From an uncultured delta proteobacterium (GTDB lineage: Bacteria; Desulfobacterota; Binatia; UBA9968): 64,000 bases of DNA. A program made the translations under genes and the position numbers. Of this stretch, positions 39,581 to 48,995 are shown piece by piece. Where the stretch lies: assembly GCA_963816145.1 (NCBI GenBank), contig CAWFJP010000005.1, positions 288,001-352,000 on the forward strand, in the 5' to 3' direction. Numbering within the stretch: the stretch's first letter is position 1; every line of letters starts with the position of its first letter. The notes under the pieces are model-generated. The model was not told where the DNA came from. It searched no databases and saw nothing but the letters and a program-made list of their open reading frames with translations.

Positions 39581-42500
39581 ATGCGACTCCGACTCAATCT
39601 TAGCCTGCGTGTGCGGTTGTTCGAACTGGTAGCGATTGCGCTCCTGCCGGCGTTCGGCCTGATTGTTTACCACGCGGAGGAACAGCGTCACCAGGCCATC
39701 GCTGACGCCGCTAACGCCGCGCAGCGTTACGCGCGCTTCGTTGCATCGGATATTCATCGCGTGATCGATAGCTCCGGTCATTTGCTGATGGCGTTAGCGC
39801 AGCTTCCTGAGGTGCAAAACGCCGATCATGGCGCCTGCAATCGAGTTTTTGCCAAAATAATTAAAGAGTATCGAGTCTATCGCGACTTCGGTGTTGCTGA
39901 TCAAGATGGTCGGATCCTTTGCAGCGCGTCGCCGCCCGCGGGGCGGCCGCCGATCGGCGATCTCGTAGGCTCTAACGGTACTAATGCGCCACATCAACTT
40001 GTGGTTGGCAACTACCACATTTCTCAACCCTCAGGCCGGGCGGGCTTGAATCTTGGTTTCCCGATTCGTCGGGAAGGCAGTGTCGTGGGACTTGTGTATC
40101 TGGAGCTCGACTTGGCATGGCTAGGTCAGATTGCCAAGGTCGCTGACTTGCCCGAGGGATCAACGGTCACCCTCTTGGATCGGAACAGCACGATCCTTTC
40201 TCATTTCCCGAATAATCCGGGGTTTGCCGGGCGAAAAGTGACTACAGCCGCAATATCAAATGCGACAATTGACAATGGCAAACGAATTTCCCAAGGGATG
40301 TGGCTGGATGGGCAGGATCGCCTCTTCGGTTTATGGTCGGTGGGTGGAGCGTCCCAGGAGCCATGGGTCATGACTCAAGTGGGCTTGCTCAAAGAAGTCG
40401 CGCTTGCCGATGCCGAATGGTACTTCAAGCGTAACCTTGTGGCGTTATCATTGGTCGCAATTCTGGCACTCTTAATCGCTTGGTATGTCGGAGATATATT
40501 ATTCGTACGCCAGCTCAAGTCCTTGGCCAAAACGACGGCCAAGATCGGTGCGGGCGACTTTAACGTTCGCACGGGGCTGAGCCGTCGCAACAACGAATTA
40601 GACCGCTTTGCGCGGTCACTGGATTCGATGGCCGAGTTGCTGCAGCAGCGCGATCATGAGGCGAAAGTCGCCAAGGAGCGTTCACAACGACAGCTTGAGC
40701 GGATCAATGCCTTGCGTGAAATCGATATGGCGATTTCGTCGACCCTGGACCTACGCGCAGTTCTGAGCGTGCTCTTGGAAAAAATTGAATTGGTACTTAC
40801 TGCCGCCGCGGCGACAATTCGATTGGTGAACCAGCAGACGGGGGCATTGGAGCCATTCGTTTGCCGCAATGTCGATAACGCGGCTTGGCGTGCTGGATCG
40901 CGGACAGACTTGAGCGGCTTGGCGAAGACGGTTTTGGAGAATCGGATTCCGTTAACCGTGGCGAATGTTCAAACCGATCCACGTTCGACGGAAGCAGAGC
41001 TCGACAGAAAACTGGGGTTTGTGTCTTACTTGGGAGTGCCGTTGGTCGTGGCGCGTGAATCGCTCGGCGTGATCGAATTCTATACCCGGGAGGAACATGC
41101 CTTCAACGACGATGAAATCGAGTACCTCGCCGCCCTCGCCGGCCAGTCTGCGGTAGCGATTCATAATGCCCGATTGTTCGAAGAAACACGCCGACGCGAG
41201 CGCGAAGCTTCTGCATTGCACGGTGTTGCGGCTGCAGCTTCGCAGTCCTTGGATCTCGATGTGATTCTTAACGAAGTGATCAGCAAGATCTCAGCTAACT
41301 TCGCCTTTGACTCCGGCCATATATTACTTTTCAATTCCGAGACCTCTTTGTTGGAGTTGCGAGCGACGCATCCGGAAGCGGCGGCAAGCCCGCTCGATGA
41401 AGCTCTTTGGCGACAAGAGGAATCCTTCATACATCGCGTCGCAGCATCGGGGGAGGTTGTCGCGATTGAGGATGTCCTGGCCGATTCAGGTTGTCGAGGC
41501 CTCTGCGGGGTTAACGACGAGGAATCAAGCGGTAGGCGTTTTCTCGCTGTGTTTCCGGTCAAGACTAAACTAAAACATTGGGGCATCGCGGTGTTTAGCG
41601 GCCGCGAGCCAAGGCGGCTGAATGATAATGAAAGCCGTTTGCTCACGTCTATGACGCAACAGATCGGCGTCGCTGTGGAGAACGCGTTGCTGTACGAACA
41701 GACCGTGGCCAAAGCCAAAGAACTGGCGACGCTTTACTCCTTCACCACCCTTGCCAGCCAGTCGTTGGATATTCAGTTGCTGCTCCGTCGAACCACGGAA
41801 AAACTCCTCGAAATTTTCAAGTTCGACGCAGTCCGAGTATTCCTACGCGAAGGTGGCAGCGACGTAGTCGTCCTGGCTACACATTTCGGCTTGCCGTCAG
41901 GTTTCCCGCTTCGTGATCGCTATCATATCGGCGAGGGCCGCATTGGCGGGGTCATGAACAGCGGCAACCCGATGTTTGTTCCGGACCTGGCTAACGACCC
42001 TTCATATTGGACCACGGCACAGAATCAGGAGATGCGGAAACTAGGGTTTCGCAGTTCTTTCTTGATGCCAATTAACGCGGCCGGAAAATGTCTGGGTGTT
42101 ATGAATTTCCTTTGTCGCCAGCCTTATCGTTTCTCCGCCAGCGATGTCCAGTTGATCGAGGCTGCGGCGCACCATCTAGGGACCGCAGTGGGCAACGCCA
42201 ACCTGTTTTCCCAAATCCAGCGGAAGTCGCAGGAACTCGAGGTAGCCAACAAAGCCAAGGACGAGTTTCTCGGTGTGATCTCTCATGAATTGCGTACGCC
42301 GCTCAACATCATCAAGGGGTATGCCGATATTCTCAAACAAAGAATATTCGGCGACGTGAATAGCGAGCAGGCAACGGCGCTTGAAAAAATCATGACTCAA
42401 GCAACGGCGCTGACGGACATGATCAACGACGTATTGCAAGTGTCAGCGATCGAGGCGCAAAAAACCCGATTGAGTTGGGGGGATGTCGATCTGGTCTCTT

Positions 42501-43012
42501 TGCTGAGCGAACTGCGAGAAAGCTACGGTTTCGCTAACGACGCGTCGATCGAAGTCCGCTGGACCTTTGGCGATGATTTGCCGGTGATTCGTACCGACGC
42601 CGAGAAACTCAAAGCGATCGTGCAGAATCTCGTTAACAATGCGCTCAAATTCACTGAGACGGGAACCGTAAGCATAACGGCGAATGAATTTGTCGAGGGC
42701 GATGGCATTGAGTTGCGGGTGACGGATACCGGCATCGGTATTCCCGCGGATAAGATCGATACGATATTCGGGATGTTTCAGCAAGCCGATAATTCTTCTA
42801 CCCGAGGATATGGCGGCGTCGGACTGGGGTTATATATCGTAAAGAGCTTTACCGAACTCCTAGGCGGCCATGTGTCGGTATGCAGCGAAATTGGCAAAGG
42901 CACATGTTTTAGCGTTAATCTGCCACTCGATGCCGAAGCGAAGCTCGCGGCTCCTGGCGGCCTGGTTCCTACGCATGCCGCTCCCGCGGTTGAGCCGGCT
43001 GCAATAACTTAG
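39581..43012 (+). CDS. membrane sensor histidine kinase (Cache-HAMP-3xGAF-HisKA-HATPase)
   Basis: Two TMs around a periplasmic domain, HAMP, three GAF repeats ending AIHNARLFE / AVENALLYE / AVGNANLFS, SHELRTPL, NALKFT, DTGIGI, GVGLGL. Start uncertain. Confidence 0.88.
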   Translation: MRLRLNLSLRVRLFELVAIALLPAFGLIVYHAEEQRHQAIADAANAAQRYARFVASDIHRVIDSSGHLLMALAQLPEVQNADHGACNRVFAKIIKEYRVYRDFGVADQDGRILCSASPPAGRPPIGDLVGSNGTNAPHQLVVGNYHISQPSGRAGLNLGFPIRREGSVVGLVYLELDLAWLGQIAKVADLPEGSTVTLLDRNSTILSHFPNNPGFAGRKVTTAAISNATIDNGKRISQGMWLDGQDRLFGLWSVGGASQEPWVMTQVGLLKEVALADAEWYFKRNLVALSLVAILALLIAWYVGDILFVRQLKSLAKTTAKIGAGDFNVRTGLSRRNNELDRFARSLDSMAELLQQRDHEAKVAKERSQRQLERINALREIDMAISSTLDLRAVLSVLLEKIELVLTAAAATIRLVNQQTGALEPFVCRNVDNAAWRAGSRTDLSGLAKTVLENRIPLTVANVQTDPRSTEAELDRKLGFVSYLGVPLVVARESLGVIEFYTREEHAFNDDEIEYLAALAGQSAVAIHNARLFEETRRREREASALHGVAAAASQSLDLDVILNEVISKISANFAFDSGHILLFNSETSLLELRATHPEAAASPLDEALWRQEESFIHRVAASGEVVAIEDVLADSGCRGLCGVNDEESSGRRFLAVFPVKTKLKHWGIAVFSGREPRRLNDNESRLLTSMTQQIGVAVENALLYEQTVAKAKELATLYSFTTLASQSLDIQLLLRRTTEKLLEIFKFDAVRVFLREGGSDVVVLATHFGLPSGFPLRDRYHIGEGRIGGVMNSGNPMFVPDLANDPSYWTTAQNQEMRKLGFRSSFLMPINAAGKCLGVMNFLCRQPYRFSASDVQLIEAAAHHLGTAVGNANLFSQIQRKSQELEVANKAKDEFLGVISHELRTPLNIIKGYADILKQRIFGDVNSEQATALEKIMTQATALTDMINDVLQVSAIEAQKTRLSWGDVDLVSLLSELRESYGFANDASIEVRWTFGDDLPVIRTDAEKLKAIVQNLVNNALKFTETGTVSITANEFVEGDGIELRVTDTGIGIPADKIDTIFGMFQQADNSSTRGYGGVGLGLYIVKSFTELLGGHVSVCSEIGKGTCFSVNLPLDAEAKLAAPGGLVPTHAAPAVEPAAIT

Positions 43013-43060
43013 AGTAATTACTTCAGATTCCCGGAAGGGAATCCTCTGCGGCGCCCGTAA

Positions 43061-44041
43061 CTATCGTTTCGTGGCCAATTCTTTGGCGGCTACGGCGGAC
43101 AGTGAAAAATCGAAGATTGTCGCCGCTGGCAGGTCGGCGTTCAGCCCTGCGGTGGCGGCGAGCATGGCGATGTAGGCTTTGCTTTGTTCCGGTGTCGGCA
43201 CGCCGTCGCGGGAGTAGGTGTCTTTGACTGACTCATAGGCCTTGAGCGCTTGACCTGGAGTGAGCGCCATCCATTTGCCGATCAAGGCTGTGGCGTCCTC
43301 CCGCTGGTTGGCCGTGTATTGCAAACCATCGATGGCGGCCTTGAGCACTTCAATAACTTCGCCGCGGCTGGTTTTGATTTTTTCATCGGTGGCGGCGAGA
43401 CCGGCTTGGGGAATTTGCAGCAGGGTGCCCATTTGAATCAAGCGCTTGAGCCCCATCTCTTCGCCTTTGATATCGGCCGGGGCGGCGATGATGGCGGCCT
43501 CGGCAAGGCCTTTCTGCACGGCGATCAAACGGTCGATGGATGATGGCGCGTTAATGATCGTAGTCTTGGGGCCGAGTTTGTAGCGATCGATGAGGAACTG
43601 GATCTCATAAGCGACCAGATTACCGAAACCGCTGCCGGCGATTTTCTTTCCCGTCAAATCGGTCACCGCATTGACTTCAGGGCGCACTACTAAGCTGTGT
43701 TGCAGTTTCACCGAGGCGAAGTGAATGACTTTTGCCGGTGCGCCGCGGGCAGCCGCGGTGGCGATGGTGCTGGGAATGATCGTGTAATCCACCGAGCGGT
43801 TGAGCAGCGCCGCCGCCGTCAAGCTCGGGGCCATCTGAATCAGCTCGACGTCGAAACCGCGGCGAGCGAAGAAGCCTTTCTGCACCGCGGCGTAGATTGG
43901 AAAGTAACTGAGCGATGGAGCGGCGGTGGCGATGCGAATCTTGGTGCGCGGTGCATCGGCGGCGAAGAGCGATGATGTGGCCGGCGGAGCCGCGAAGAAG
44001 AATTGACCGGATAGGACCAAAAGGACCGCTAATCGAATCAT
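43061..44041 (-). CDS. NMT1/SsuA-like ABC substrate-binding protein
   Basis: Signal peptide, PIYAAVQKGFFARRGFDVEL, DLTGKKIA; RBS ggag. Confidence 0.83.
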   Translation of the reverse strand: MIRLAVLLVLSGQFFFAAPPATSSLFAADAPRTKIRIATAAPSLSYFPIYAAVQKGFFARRGFDVELIQMAPSLTAAALLNRSVDYTIIPSTIATAAARGAPAKVIHFASVKLQHSLVVRPEVNAVTDLTGKKIAGSGFGNLVAYEIQFLIDRYKLGPKTTIINAPSSIDRLIAVQKGLAEAAIIAAPADIKGEEMGLKRLIQMGTLLQIPQAGLAATDEKIKTSRGEVIEVLKAAIDGLQYTANQREDATALIGKWMALTPGQALKAYESVKDTYSRDGVPTPEQSKAYIAMLAATAGLNADLPAATIFDFSLSAVAAKELATKR

Positions 44042-44087
44042 ATTATCTCCAGAGGTCTTTATAGAAGCTTGGATCGGATAGTCGTAA

Positions 44088-45092
44088 TTAGCGAAACAGT
44101 TTCTGGAATTCTTGCCGTTTTTCGGCGTAAAACGATTCGCCGAGATCATCCATTTCGACGAACTTGATCTTGTCGGCGTCGGGTACCGGCGGGTAAACGC
44201 CTTTGCGGTTTACGAACTCGCCGGCCTTGGCCATGAGGTTCATGCTCTCATCGTCGAGGAAAAAGTCGATGAAGGCCCGGGCGGCATTAGGATGGGGCGC
44301 CTTGTGGAAGATCGACATGTAGCTGGCGTCACCCAAGAGCCGATAGTCGCCGCGCACGTAATCTACCGGCGCGCCTTTCTGGCCGTTCAAGAACACATAA
44401 TAGACGTAAGTGATACCGATAGGGGTTTCGCCGGTGGTGATGCGGTCGGCCGCGGGTCCGAAGGATTCGACGAGCACGGGCTTCATCGCCGCTAGGTCGC
44501 GGATGAATTTATCCGATCTGTCTTTGCCCATGAGCTTGGGCAAATTCGCTAGCCATTGAGCGGTCGTGGTATGCAGCGTCGGGTCGGCCATGACCAGCTT
44601 GCCGCGGAATTGCGGTTTGACCAAATCTTCCAATGACTTTGGCGCGTCGGCGGGTTTGATCGCGCTTTTGTTGTACATCACGCCGACGATGTGATTGCGC
44701 GCGCGCGGACCGAGCTGGGGATCGATGGCTTCTTTCGGAAAATCCTTGCTCATCGGTGACTCATATTTTGCCAGGATGCCTTCCTTGAGCATGATGCGTT
44801 GGGTGTCTTCGGTGGACATCACCAGATCGAAGAGCGCCTTGCCGGCGCGCGCTTCAGTCAAGGCGCGTTCCATCACTTTGGTCGCCGAGGTGCGCCAATA
44901 GTCGATGGCCACGCCGGTTCTTTTCTGAAAGGATTTTTGCAGCAGCTCAAAAATATCCGACTGCATCGTGCCGTAGACGATCAGCTTGCCGTCTTTCTTC
45001 GCGGCCTCGATGAGTTTGACGTCTTGGGCGAAGGCTGGAGTCAGCCACGGCAAGCAAAAAACCAATAGTGTCAGGTTGCGGAAACGCTTCAC
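44088..45092 (-). CDS. extracellular solute-binding protein (AfuA/SBP_bac_6-like)
   Basis: Signal peptide, AAKKDGKLIVY, MYNK, EDLVKPQFRGK, APHPNAARAFIDF. Confidence 0.85.
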   Translation of the reverse strand: MKRFRNLTLLVFCLPWLTPAFAQDVKLIEAAKKDGKLIVYGTMQSDIFELLQKSFQKRTGVAIDYWRTSATKVMERALTEARAGKALFDLVMSTEDTQRIMLKEGILAKYESPMSKDFPKEAIDPQLGPRARNHIVGVMYNKSAIKPADAPKSLEDLVKPQFRGKLVMADPTLHTTTAQWLANLPKLMGKDRSDKFIRDLAAMKPVLVESFGPAADRITTGETPIGITYVYYVFLNGQKGAPVDYVRGDYRLLGDASYMSIFHKAPHPNAARAFIDFFLDDESMNLMAKAGEFVNRKGVYPPVPDADKIKFVEMDDLGESFYAEKRQEFQKLFR

Positions 45093-45153
45093 TGCGACTC
45101 CTTTCGGGCCCTCCCCTAACCCGTTACCGCAAGCGGACGTGGGTATCGGAAGG

Positions 45154-46194
45154 TTAGATGCGGTAAAAGTCTTTGGCGTTGTCGTAAAGGATTTTCTGTT
45201 TTGTGGCGTCGGATAGCTCCGGCCGTTTGAGCAGCTCCGGTATGTCCTTCAAGAATTCGCCATAGACTCGCTCATGCGGGTAGTCGGAGGGGAACATGAT
45301 GCGGTCGTCGCCGACCACCTGGGCGACATGGGCGAGGGAAGTCTCTTCCGGTTCGCAGGTGACATAGACCGGGCAATCTTTCACGTAGTCGCTGGGCTTC
45401 TTTTTTAAATTCGGAAAGGAACGGGCGCCGCGGGTTTCGTATTCGTAGTCCAAGCGGTCCATCATGTAGGGCAGCCAGCCGCAGCCGGCTTCGAGAAAGG
45501 CGATTTTCAGTTCGGGAAATTGTTCGAGGACGCCGTCACAGATGATGCTGGTGAACTGAATCATCAGCGGGAAAGGATGTTCGAGAGCATGAACTTGCCC
45601 CTGATCTTCGAAAAAATCGAAACCGAAGCCGCGGCTGGGCGCACCGTGAATGCCTAGCGGCACGCCGAGGTCCTGGGCCGCCGCGAAGATCGGGCGAAAA
45701 TCAGGATGTCCGAAACCTTTGTTCATGACGGTGGCCGATGGCAGAAACGCGCCGACCATGTCGAGCTTCTCGACGGCGTAGCGCAACTCCGCAGCCGCGC
45801 CATGGGGATCTTGGATCGGCAGCACGGCGACGCCTTTCAAGCGCGAGTCTTTCTTGATGTAACGGGCATTGAACCAATTGTTGTAAGCGCGCGAGATCGA
45901 GCGGGACCAGTCTGGATCTTGCACCAAGCCGATGGCTAAAGCCGCCGTCGGATAGAGCACGGTGTAATCGACGCCTAGCGTCTCAACGAACTTGATCACG
46001 TCCTCGGGTTTGGTTTCAGTGACTTTATCCGGGCGGCCGGCGCCGAGGCCGCGCGGCCAGCCGTCGAGCGACGGAAATAGCGCATAGGCGCGAGCGCGGC
46101 GCATGCCGCGATATTTGCCTTCGAAGTATTCTTCGATCTCTTCGTGATTCTCATAAATATGGCCGTCGGCATCGATAACTTTGAGCTTTTGCAT
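45154..46194 (-). CDS. amidohydrolase_2 family protein
   Basis: IDADGH, SRAYNNW, GIHG, AFLEAGCGW, PSDYPH. Confidence 0.88.
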   Translation of the reverse strand: MQKLKVIDADGHIYENHEEIEEYFEGKYRGMRRARAYALFPSLDGWPRGLGAGRPDKVTETKPEDVIKFVETLGVDYTVLYPTAALAIGLVQDPDWSRSISRAYNNWFNARYIKKDSRLKGVAVLPIQDPHGAAAELRYAVEKLDMVGAFLPSATVMNKGFGHPDFRPIFAAAQDLGVPLGIHGAPSRGFGFDFFEDQGQVHALEHPFPLMIQFTSIICDGVLEQFPELKIAFLEAGCGWLPYMMDRLDYEYETRGARSFPNLKKKPSDYVKDCPVYVTCEPEETSLAHVAQVVGDDRIMFPSDYPHERVYGEFLKDIPELLKRPELSDATKQKILYDNAKDFYRI

Positions 46195-46578
46195 AATGAA
46201 AAATCCTTTCTGCTCCTGTCGCATCGGTATGCGCGAGGTTAGGCTGCGACTCGGTTTGCTGTCAAGTGGTGGTCAGCGCCGAAACCAAAACTCGGATGAT
46301 CTTTCGCAGAGGCGCGAAGGCGCAATGTTCGGTGGTTTTCATTTCGAACGGAGAGTGACATCTTTCATAGATCCCTCGCATTCGCTCGGGATGACCTCCC
46401 GCTGGCATGTCACTTAGCGCCTTTGCGCGTTGGCGAGCGATCATTCCAATCCGAGATTGACGCAAATTGGGCCAATCGCTTTTATGACCAGGGTTTTGAA
46501 CCGCCACGATACACGTTGATTGCGGCAGCCGTTTCGGGTTAGACAGGAAGAAATTACTTTTTCTTGGAGGGAAAAGTT

Positions 46579-47664
46579 ATGGCACGCAACGGAATCCCCG
46601 TCGTCGATGGCGACGGTCATGTGATGGAAGATTGGGACGGGCTTTTGCAATATATGCCGGAGCCGTACATCAAGAGCGGCCGCTTCAAGGGTCGGATTTT
46701 CCCGCCGCTGGATCATCTACATGGGGCGACGCTCTATACGCTGGTGCCCGGCGCGTTCCGTCCGGTGCGCGAAGATGGCTGGTTGGAGTTTATGGAAGAT
46801 GTCGGCATCGAGCGGGCGGTGCTGTACAGCACGGGTGGGCTGGCCTTTGGCAAGGTTATAACCCGTGAATTCGCCGTCGACGTGGCGCGGGCGTGGAACA
46901 ACTGGTTCGCCGACACTTACTTGAAAAAAAGCCCGCGCTTTCAGGGGCTGGCCTTGGTGCCGCTGCAAGAACCGGCGGAAGCGATTAAAGAAATGCGCCG
47001 CGCGGTCAATGAACTGAAATTCTGCGGCGTCATGCTGCCATCCACCGGCTTCAAGGGCCATTTGGGGGATAAGGAATACTGGCCGTTTTATGAAGAAGCG
47101 AGCAAACTCGGCTGCTGTATCGGTATTCATGGCGGCGCCCACGAGGGACTGGGAATGGATTGGCTTACGCCCTACGCACCGATCAATGGTTTGGGCCATG
47201 CGATTGGCCAGATGGTGGCGTTTGCCGGCTTGGTCTTTAACGGAATTTTTGAAAAGTATCCCAACGTCCGCGTCGGTTTCATGGAAGCCGGGGTGTCGTG
47301 GTTGCAAACATGCTTAGAGCGCTTCGACCGCGGCTGGGAAACCCATATCCAGTACGATCCGCGCGGCGAATATCTGCAGCTCAAGCCTGGCGAAAAAGTC
47401 AGCGACTATATCCGCCGCCATGTCGAAGCGGGGCGCATCTTCGTCGGCTGTGAAGGTACCGAGAAAGGGCTGCATCATTTAGTTGAGGCGGTTGGCAATA
47501 AGCCATTCATGTTCTCCAGCGACTTTCCCCATGAAGTGAATAACGAATACTGCAAGCACGAGATCGAAGAAATCATCGAGAACGAGCATCTCACCGATGA
47601 CGATAAGCATGCGGTGCTGCATCGCAACGCGGAACGGTTTTACGGTCTGAAGCCGCTGGGGTGA
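46579..47664 (+). CDS. amidohydrolase_2 family protein
   Basis: VDGDGH, ARAWNNW, GIHGG, GFMEAG, SSDFPH; RBS ggagg. Confidence 0.88.
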   Translation: MARNGIPVVDGDGHVMEDWDGLLQYMPEPYIKSGRFKGRIFPPLDHLHGATLYTLVPGAFRPVREDGWLEFMEDVGIERAVLYSTGGLAFGKVITREFAVDVARAWNNWFADTYLKKSPRFQGLALVPLQEPAEAIKEMRRAVNELKFCGVMLPSTGFKGHLGDKEYWPFYEEASKLGCCIGIHGGAHEGLGMDWLTPYAPINGLGHAIGQMVAFAGLVFNGIFEKYPNVRVGFMEAGVSWLQTCLERFDRGWETHIQYDPRGEYLQLKPGEKVSDYIRRHVEAGRIFVGCEGTEKGLHHLVEAVGNKPFMFSSDFPHEVNNEYCKHEIEEIIENEHLTDDDKHAVLHRNAERFYGLKPLG

Positions 47665-47838
47665 TACGGCGAGCGGAGTGAACCGTCTCTGAATCAATCC
47701 GTGCGGGGTTTTTGGATCTACCGGTCTGAGCCCCGCGCGGTTGCCTAACAATATTAATTCTCCGAGCCGCTCTTTAACTCCCCATCACTCCTGGTTAAAT
47801 TCATAGTCAGTCATAGCTCTATTTTCGGAGTTGAATTT

Positions 47839-48948
47839 ATGGACATGCCGATGTCCGGCGATATTTTCCCTGCCAGGCAAGCGATTGAGATGATCGACCA
47901 GGTCGATCTCTCTCTTCCCATTGAGATTCCCGCCGTGCCGCTGGAGTCCGACCCGGATAATGTGCCGCCCGCGGATCATCGCGCGCTGTTAGCGGAAGTT
48001 GCCGCGCTCAAGAAAGCAAAGAACGCTTATATTCTGGCCCATAATTATGCGCCGCGCGATATTCAGGATGTCGCCGATGCGGTGGGCGATTCGCTCTACC
48101 TGGCGCAGCAGGGTGCCCAGTCCGACGCCGACGTTTTGGTTGAAGCGTCGGTGCTGTTCATGAACCAGATCCTGGCGATTATGAAAAAACCGCGACAGCG
48201 GGTGTTGGCGCCGGATCCGGGTGCGCTCTGTTCCTTGGCGGCGCATGCCGACGCAGGTAAAATTCGCCAGTGGCGGCGCGATCACCCGGACGGCATTGTC
48301 ATCAGTTACGTGAATACGTACTTGGATGTAAAAGCGGAAAGCGACTACTGCTGTGCCTCGGCCAACGCGGCCAAAGTCGTGCTGTATGTCTTGGAACATT
48401 CGCGCCCGAGCCAACCGCTGCTGTTTCTTCCCGATCTCTATCTTGGTTTTTACGCGGCAAAGCTGTTGGAGCAACAGAAGCAGTCCGTTGACCGGCTCTG
48501 GCTGATGATGGGCGCTTGTCATGTGCATGACCGGATCCGGCCGTATCATGTCGAGCAGCAACGCAAGCTCTATCCCGATGCGGCGGTGGTGGTTCATCCC
48601 GAGTGTGGCTGCACCAGCGCCTGTATGCGCCAGATGGCGCAGGGTAAAACGCCGGCGGATATGATGCAGTTCCGCTCGACGCAGGGTATGGTGCAGTTCG
48701 TCCGCGACACACCGCAGCAAGTCGTGATCATGGCCACCGAGGTGGGTAACATTTATCCGTTGTCCAAAGCTGCGCCCGGGAAGACGATCGTGCCGGCGAG
48801 CGCTGAAGCGGTGTGCGCATTCATGAAGCAGAACACATTGCGCAAATTACGTGACTCGCTGCGCGATGGCGTGCACGAAATTAAAGTCGATGCCGAGTTG
48901 GCGGCGCGGGCGCGGCTGCCGATCGAGCGGATGTTGAGTATTTTGTAA
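47839..48948 (+). CDS. nadA: quinolinate synthase ([4Fe-4S])
   Basis: LAHNY, GDSL, CSLA, YVNT, GACHVH, HPEC, STQG, CAFMK: three cluster cysteines and catalytic residues present. Confidence 0.88.
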   Translation: MDMPMSGDIFPARQAIEMIDQVDLSLPIEIPAVPLESDPDNVPPADHRALLAEVAALKKAKNAYILAHNYAPRDIQDVADAVGDSLYLAQQGAQSDADVLVEASVLFMNQILAIMKKPRQRVLAPDPGALCSLAAHADAGKIRQWRRDHPDGIVISYVNTYLDVKAESDYCCASANAAKVVLYVLEHSRPSQPLLFLPDLYLGFYAAKLLEQQKQSVDRLWLMMGACHVHDRIRPYHVEQQRKLYPDAAVVVHPECGCTSACMRQMAQGKTPADMMQFRSTQGMVQFVRDTPQQVVIMATEVGNIYPLSKAAPGKTIVPASAEAVCAFMKQNTLRKLRDSLRDGVHEIKVDAELAARARLPIERMLSIL

Positions 48949-48995
48949 TCGTTACGGCGGCCGAACCCGCCCACACGGCGAGAGAAAGGTAATCG

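Noticed and set aside
47665-47838. NAD+ riboswitch or NrtR operator upstream of nadA
   Set aside because: A GC-rich hairpin (~47698-47740) and a weak atag...ctat palindrome exist, but I cannot match them to the NAD+-I consensus or the GT-N7-AC NrtR spacing. An Rfam/Infernal search would be needed.
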